The notes under the pieces: generated by a model
What the model was told of the DNA's origin: nothing
Databases searched by the model: none
The model's input: only the letters and a program-made list of their open reading frames with translations
Shown: piece after piece, positions 7,847 through 10,256 of the stretch
Numbering within the stretch: position 1 is the first letter of the stretch
Layout of the letters: the number at the start of each line of letters is the position of its first letter
Assembly (NCBI GenBank): GCA_019057795.1
Contig: JAHLWS010000001.1
Location: 1 to 10,256, forward strand
Source of the DNA: Promethearchaeota archaeon
Lineage (GTDB): Archaea > Asgardarchaeota > Lokiarchaeia > Sigyniarchaeales > SOKP01
DNA length: 10,256 bases
Direction: 5' to 3'
Made by a program: the position numbers and the translations under genes

Positions 7847-8365
7847 TTAATACATTTCTTCTTTAGTAAATAGTAAACTGAAGCAACCGTAGAATACGCC
7901 GTTTACAGCTCCGCTCATCAAAAAGAAGATTAACACTACGATTGGATCTGCTACAAGGATACCATAATACAATAAGGTTGCTGGATTTATGAAGGCTAAT
8001 ACTCCCAAAGCTACAGCACTTATTATAGCCGTAATCATCCACCCGCCAAAACTTCCCCCTTTTTTCTCTCCGGTTCGTCCTGCGATTATTGCTGCAACAA
8101 AGGGAGAAATAATGAATCCAATGCTTTGAATTAGCGAAGAACCAATCATTCCCGAGGAAACTTGAAGATAAATAGAACTAAAAACAGACCCTGGCATACT
8201 AATAATGGGTCCGAAAAAAATCAGCAATATGATTAATGGATTATTTCCAATATCGCTAAAAAGAATGTTTAAATTACCACTAATAGTTTCAGTTATTATT
8301 ACAAACAGAAAATTTAGACCTATTAACGCAAGCAAACTAAATCCTAGAGCTTTACCTAATCCCAT
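7847..8365 (-). CDS. Gly-rich membrane protein of unknown function (172 aa, about 4-5 TM segments)
   Basis: Hydrophobic helices with small-residue motifs and a Gly-rich loop AAIIAGRTGEKKGGSFGGW. Confidence 0.85.
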   Translation of the reverse strand: MGLGKALGFSLLALIGLNFLFVIITETISGNLNILFSDIGNNPLIILLIFFGPIISMPGSVFSSIYLQVSSGMIGSSLIQSIGFIISPFVAAIIAGRTGEKKGGSFGGWMITAIISAVALGVLAFINPATLLYYGILVADPIVVLIFFLMSGAVNGVFYGCFSLLFTKEEMY

Positions 8366-8558
8366 ATTTGTCAGACTCTTATTTTCAAATTATATAACTT
8401 AATTAATTTACTTCTTTATGTATAAAATAGATTGTAATTGCTATTTAAATTTATTTAACTTAAAACATAATGATATAACAACATAAAATTTTTAATAATT
8501 CATGGGTTACAAACCAAAATTAGAATTTTATTAAAACTTGACATCTCACGTCAATTTT

Positions 8559-8906
8559 TTAAATATTATCAAAATTTAGCATTTCTTGTAATTGTCTTAA
8601 AGTTTGTATGTAATCTTGAGCTTGTCTTTCTCCTAAATCTAAGAAATCCCACATCCATTTGGGCACATCTTTTACACTTAAATGAGCTAATAGTAAATTA
8701 AAACTTTTTGGAGCACTAAATCTCTTATGTCTTGGTTTTTCTTTTACAAATTCAATAAAATCTTCTTTATTATTAAACTGTTTGTAAGTTTTATGAAACG
8801 TAATAAATTCTGCCAACCATATAAGTTTTCTAAGGCATAGAGTCCTAATATTTCCACATCTAATTTTATCCATATCAGTAAAATACTTATCTATTTCTTT
8901 ACTCAT
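8559..8906 (-). CDS. Hypothetical protein with a possible C-terminal HTH (115 aa from ATG 8906)
   Basis: ATG at 8906 follows an AAGGA-type SD and is preferred to the track's TTG at 8915. The C-terminal VKDVPKWMWDFLDLGERQAQDYIQTL resembles a turn plus recognition helix. Confidence 0.7.
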   Translation of the reverse strand: MSKEIDKYFTDMDKIRCGNIRTLCLRKLIWLAEFITFHKTYKQFNNKEDFIEFVKEKPRHKRFSAPKSFNLLLAHLSVKDVPKWMWDFLDLGERQAQDYIQTLRQLQEMLNFDNI

Positions 8907-8933
8907 TTTAATCAATTTCCTTATTTGTTTTTT

Positions 8934-9152
8934 TTATTTCAATTTTATTTCATTTCCACATTTTTCACAGATTATTGTTGTTTTAGGTTTTATAGGAATT
9001 TTATAAATTTCTATTATTTTTTCAATAAACTCGTCTGGATCTTCAGTTAGAAATACAGTGTTATGATACCAAGCGTTAATAAGTTCATAACGTACATTTT
9101 TGGTTATAGGATCTTTTTTTACGTGTATTTGGCAACATTTTGCTAAGTTCAT
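8934..9152 (-). CDS. Small Cys-motif (putative zinc-binding) protein, 72 aa
   Basis: C-terminal CEKCG knuckle and N-terminal CCQIH. SD-like GCGTGA before the ATG, and tight spacing with co-oriented neighbours. Confidence 0.7.
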   Translation of the reverse strand: MNLAKCCQIHVKKDPITKNVRYELINAWYHNTVFLTEDPDEFIEKIIEIYKIPIKPKTTIICEKCGNEIKLK

Positions 9153-9201
9153 TTTTTATCACGCTCATTTTTTTAATTTAAAAAGGTTAAGTGTTAGTAA
9201 C

Positions 9202-9540
9202 TTAACCGTTTATTTTTGGTAACTGTAAAATGGTTTTATAATCAAAACTTAACCCTTTGGCAAGTTTTAAACCCTTTTCAGTTAAAATAATCCATTTCTG
9301 TCTTTTATCATAATCATCAATTCTTAAATCTATTAACCCACGATCCTTTAATCTTTTAATACTTCTACTAAAACTACTCTCAAAAGAAGATGTTTGAAGA
9401 TAAAATGCAGGACCAGCCCAATCTTTAGGTACATATATATATTTCCCTAATTTTTCTTTAATAAATGAATATTTCATATCGCACTTACTCCAAGCTAAAA
9501 CAATTAATATTAGTTTTTGATACTTACTCAATTTATTCAT
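9202..9540 (-). CDS. MarR-like winged-helix DNA-binding protein, 112 aa
   Basis: LSKYQKLILIVL (helix 1), FSRSIKRLKDRGLI (recognition helix) and DDYDKRQKWIILTEKG (wing with DxR and LTxKG, typical of MarR). SD AGGAGA at 9557-9552. Confidence 0.8.
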   Translation of the reverse strand: MNKLSKYQKLILIVLAWSKCDMKYSFIKEKLGKYIYVPKDWAGPAFYLQTSSFESSFSRSIKRLKDRGLIDLRIDDYDKRQKWIILTEKGLKLAKGLSFDYKTILQLPKING

Positions 9541-9562
9541 TTTTCAATCAATCTCCTATTTT

Positions 9563-9642
9563 AAAAAAAAGGAGGGAAAGGATTAGGTTGACACGTTGGG
9601 GAGAGTGATCCCTAACCAAGTATCTTTTAAATCCTTCCCCAT
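9563..9642 (-). ncRNA. Putative ~80-nt structured RNA or cis-leader ending in U8
   Basis: GC-rich island folding as one long hairpin: GGGGAAGGAUU/AAUCCUUUCCC (11 bp), a 5x5 internal loop, GAUAC/GUGUC, UUGG/CCAA, GGGA/UCUC and a UCAC loop, followed by UCC-U8. Four G-U pairs form only on the minus strand if the 11-bp stem, GAUAC/GUGUC and GGGA/UCUC are counted with their wobble positions (at least three are unambiguous). Confidence 0.6.
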
Positions 9643-9668
9643 GTTTAATTAACCTATCGTTTTCCCAT

Positions 9669-9682
9669 AATTTAAGGTTTAT
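9669..9682 (-). promoter_or_regulatory. Candidate TATA-like promoter for the structured RNA and three-gene cassette
   Basis: Minus strand ATAAACCTTAAATT. It would place the start site near 9648-9642, at the 5' foot of the hairpin. Confidence 0.4.
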
Positions 9683-9755
9683 TGATCGTTTTTTTTTCAA
9701 GTTCTAATCTCCTTTATTTTATGTTTTATGGGAGAAATTTTTGATTTAAGATTAG

Positions 9756-10256
9756 TCATTCAATTTCAAAACGAGCAAAGGGTCTCCACTTTCTTTTTTT
9801 GCCAATTCTGTACATTATATAACCACCAATTGCATAAAAAGTAAGGAGGAGGAGGAGATTAATTCTCCCCCTTATTACCGCATCGCCAATCAAAATTCGT
9901 AAGGGAGCCCAAGGAGCTTGAATAAGTAAATAACCAATAATAAACCACATGATACCACCGAGACCAAATATACCGAAACTTACTAAGATTATTCCAGTAA
10001 TGAGCTTCAAGAGTTTAAGATTTCTAATACGTTTAAGATAATATGTAAAAAGAAAAAAAGCTAAGCCCAAGATTGTTGAAAAGATAACGCGTCCTAAATC
10101 CAAAATCCCGACAAAAAATAACCCCCAATAATTCATCATCCACATTACATAAGCTCCAATATAAACATAAACCCAGTTTTTATTAAGATTCTTCCCGAAA
10201 ATTTTGATTTTTTCTTTCAAGTTCCTTTTATTTGAATTTTCTTTCAATTCATTCAC
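9756..10256 (-). CDS. Membrane protein of unknown function (at least 166 aa; start may lie beyond the window)
   Basis: Four to five hydrophobic segments flanked by basic stretches. The GTG start coincides with the last base of the window, so the true start is uncertain. Confidence 0.8.
   Translation of the reverse strand: MNELKENSNKRNLKEKIKIFGKNLNKNWVYVYIGAYVMWMMNYWGLFFVGILDLGRVIFSTILGLAFFLFTYYLKRIRNLKLLKLITGIILVSFGIFGLGGIMWFIIGYLLIQAPWAPLRILIGDAVIRGRINLLLLLTFYAIGGYIMYRIGKKRKWRPFARFEIE

Noticed and set aside
8205-8402. 65-aa plus-strand ORF from the track
   Set aside because: Mostly antisense to the well-formed 172-aa membrane gene, with no SD or motif.
8907-8915. TTG start giving the 118-aa version of the ORF
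   Set aside because: The TTG sits too close to the SD-like AAGGA; ATG at 8906 is the better start.
1-10256. CRISPR array, tRNA/rRNA, transposase or integrase
   Set aside because: I saw no regularly spaced repeats, cloverleaf, rRNA-like tract or recombinase/transposase motifs.

Overview
Very AT-rich archaeal-style window: TATA/BRE-like promoters, GAGGT/GGAG/GTGA ribosome-binding sites and oligo-T ends. The gene content suggests an Asgard (Lokiarchaeia-like) genome, which is inferred and not verified. From left to right it holds: the 5' part of an MFS transporter (minus strand, missed by the ORF track); a compact minus-strand leader made of a 9-codon ORF, two mutually exclusive hairpins and a U10 tract, laid out like a ribosome-dependent transcription attenuator; a divergent 1204-aa protein with several Lrp/AsnC-like modules; an orphan ADP-forming acyl-CoA synthetase alpha subunit preceded by a perfect 10-bp inverted repeat; a small hypothetical gene; two convergent membrane-protein genes; a three-gene accessory-looking cassette (MarR-like wHTH, Cys-motif protein, HTH-like protein) headed by an ~80-nt strand-specific structured RNA with a U8 tract; and a membrane-protein gene at the right edge. 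The two non-coding RNA switch candidates (577-700 and 9553-9666) are the most interesting signals. All RNA pairings were worked out by hand, with no folding energies or database searches.
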